From assembly GCF_004010195.1 (NCBI RefSeq), contig NC_057753.1, positions 11,344,049 through 11,408,048 of the forward strand: 64,000 bases of DNA, given 5' to 3'. The position numbers and the translations under genes were made by a program. Below, in pieces: positions 62,314 through 64,000 of the stretch. Within the stretch, counting starts at the first letter, position 1; each line of letters starts with the position of its first letter. The notes below the pieces were generated by a model. It saw nothing but the letters and a program-made list of their open reading frames with translations. It was not told the DNA's origin and ran no database searches. The stretch comes from Chiloscyllium plagiosum. Taxonomy: Eukaryota.

Positions 62314-62379
62314 CTCCTGTTCCCTGGATGCTGCCTGACCTGCTGTGCTGTTCCAGCAATAAAGTTTCAACTTTGATAT

Positions 62380-62831
62380 NNNNNNNNNNNNNNNNNNNNN
62401 NNNNNNNNNNNNNNNNNNNNNNNNNNNNNNNNNNNNNNNNNNNNNNNNNNNNNNNNNNNNNNNNNNNNNNNNNNNNNNNNNNNNNNNNNNNNNNNNNNNN
62501 NNNNNNNNNNNNNNNNNNNNNNNNNNNNNNNNNNNNNNNNNNNNNNNNNNNNNNNNNNNNNNNNNNNNNNNNNNNNNNNNNNNNNNNNNNNNNNNNNNNN
62601 NNNNNNNNNNNNNNNNNNNNNNNNNNNNNNNNNNNNNNNNNNNNNNNNNNNNNNNNNNNNNNNNNNNNNNNNNNNNNNNNNNNNNNNNNNNNNNNNNNNN
62701 NNNNNNNNNNNNNNNNNNNNNNNNNNNNNNNNNNNNNNNNNNNNNNNNNNNNNNNNNNNNNNNNNNNNNNNNNNNNNNNNNNNNNNNNNNNNNNNNNNNN
62801 NNNNNNNNNNNNNNNNNNNNNNNNNNNNNNN
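62380..62831. other. Assembly gap (N)
   Basis: Run of N. Confidence 1.
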
Positions 62832-64000
62832 GTCGAATCTCCTGTTCCCTGGATGCTGCCTGACCTGCTATGCTGTTCCAGCAATAAAGTTTCAACTTTG
62901 ATCTCCAGCATCTGCAGACCTCACTTTCTCCTCAGAGTATTAATGCAAGGGAAGTGAGATTCTCGCTCACAAGGTTTTCAGATCCTCGTGGCATTTATCA
63001 GGACTGGAACTTGAGAAGAGTCGGAGATATGTCTAGTGTTATTCAATGGTTCAATATTCAATGTGCTATTCGTGGTTCTCTAAGATTCGGTTATGATTAT
63101 TTGTTGTAATATTGTATTGTAGCTATGTCACATATTTCTAATTATACTATTATTGAAGGGGATGGTAAGTGGGCATTGGACAGAGAGCCACAGAGATGTC
63201 CAACATGGAAACAGATCCTTTGGTCTAACTCGTTCACGCTGACCAGATATTCTGGATAAATCTGGTCCCATTTGCCTGCACTTGTCCCATATCCCTCTAA
63301 ACGCTTGCTAAGTCGTACACCCATCCAGATGCCTTTTTAATGTTGTAATTGTACCAACCTCCACTATTTATCTGGCAGATCACTCTGTATACATTGAGTA
63401 TATTCATCATGAGGGAAGAAGCGATTTCTGAACCTGTTGGTGTGTGCGTTCAAGATCCTGTATCTTCTGCCTGACCGAAGAGGTTGTAAGAGGGCAGTAC
63501 CAGAGTGGGAGGGGACTTTGATGATGTTGGCAACCTTTCTGCGGCAACATTGGTCACATCCTGACAACGAGGGCCTACACATTATCCCTGTTTCGGGTTG
63601 TCAACCCTGCCAGTAATTTGTTCTCAGTTTTGTGGGCTTGGACTCTACGTTAGCAGCCTCTCAGAGACTTTATCAAATGCCTTCTGAACATACATATATA
63701 CAACATACATAGACATTCCCCAATGCAGCACCTTAGCCACCTAGGGCATCACAGTAGCTCAGCACTGCCACTCACAGCACCAGGGCCCCAGGTTTGATCC
63801 CACTCTCAGGCGATTGTGCACATTCTCCTGTGTCTGTGTGGGCTTCCTCCGAGAGGTCAAAGTTTCTCCCAGAGTCCAAGGTGGAGTCATAGAGATGTAC
63901 AACATGGAAACAGGTCCAACCCGTCCATGCCAACCAGATATCCCAACCCAATCCAGGCCTACCTGCCAGCACTCAGCCCATATCCCTCCAAACCCTTCCT

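Larger units (their letters stand above)
61775..62933 (+). mobile_element. Young 5'-truncated Penelope-like element (GIY-YIG plus tandem pseudo-LTRs) with 14-bp TSD
   Basis: LYIGETGRLLAERFREH...EERLIFRLGT. AGAGTATTAATGCA at 61761-61774 and 62934-62947. The pseudo-LTR appears on both sides of the gap. Confidence 0.9.

Overview
This is eukaryotic, repeat-rich vertebrate DNA. The HE1/V-type SINEs, CR1-like LINEs and MEKPWKC-type zinc-finger genes point to a cartilaginous fish, probably a shark (inference). The window holds a cluster of KRAB-less tandem C2H2 zinc-finger genes: ZNF-A (+, 10 fingers), ZNF-B (-, 16 fingers) and ZNF-C (-, 13 fingers, cut short by a Penelope-like insertion). All three share a paralogous promoter and short first exon. 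In each, an ATG lies exactly 53 nt before the splice donor and opens an upstream ORF (MKIE[L/P]HPRLQL...). A fourth copy of the promoter has lost its donor and its finger exon. The rest is mostly decayed CR1, L1, Rex-like and Penelope-like retroelements (PLEs), SINEs and solo LTRs. The most striking non-coding signal is a set of about 20 minimal hammerhead-ribozyme motifs (CTGANGA-stem-GAAACGTC/GAAAGCTA) in short PLE-derived cassettes. These occur as monomers, tandem dimers and perfect inverted dimers, usually with 13-16 bp target-site duplications (TSDs), and one has captured 101 bp of neighbouring DNA. Also present: a diverged initiator-tRNA-Met copy with a TAT anticodon, an orphan CpG-island promoter with a duplicated CCAAT/YY1 module, and two assembly gaps. 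All calls were made by eye; repeat boundaries are approximate unless a TSD is cited.
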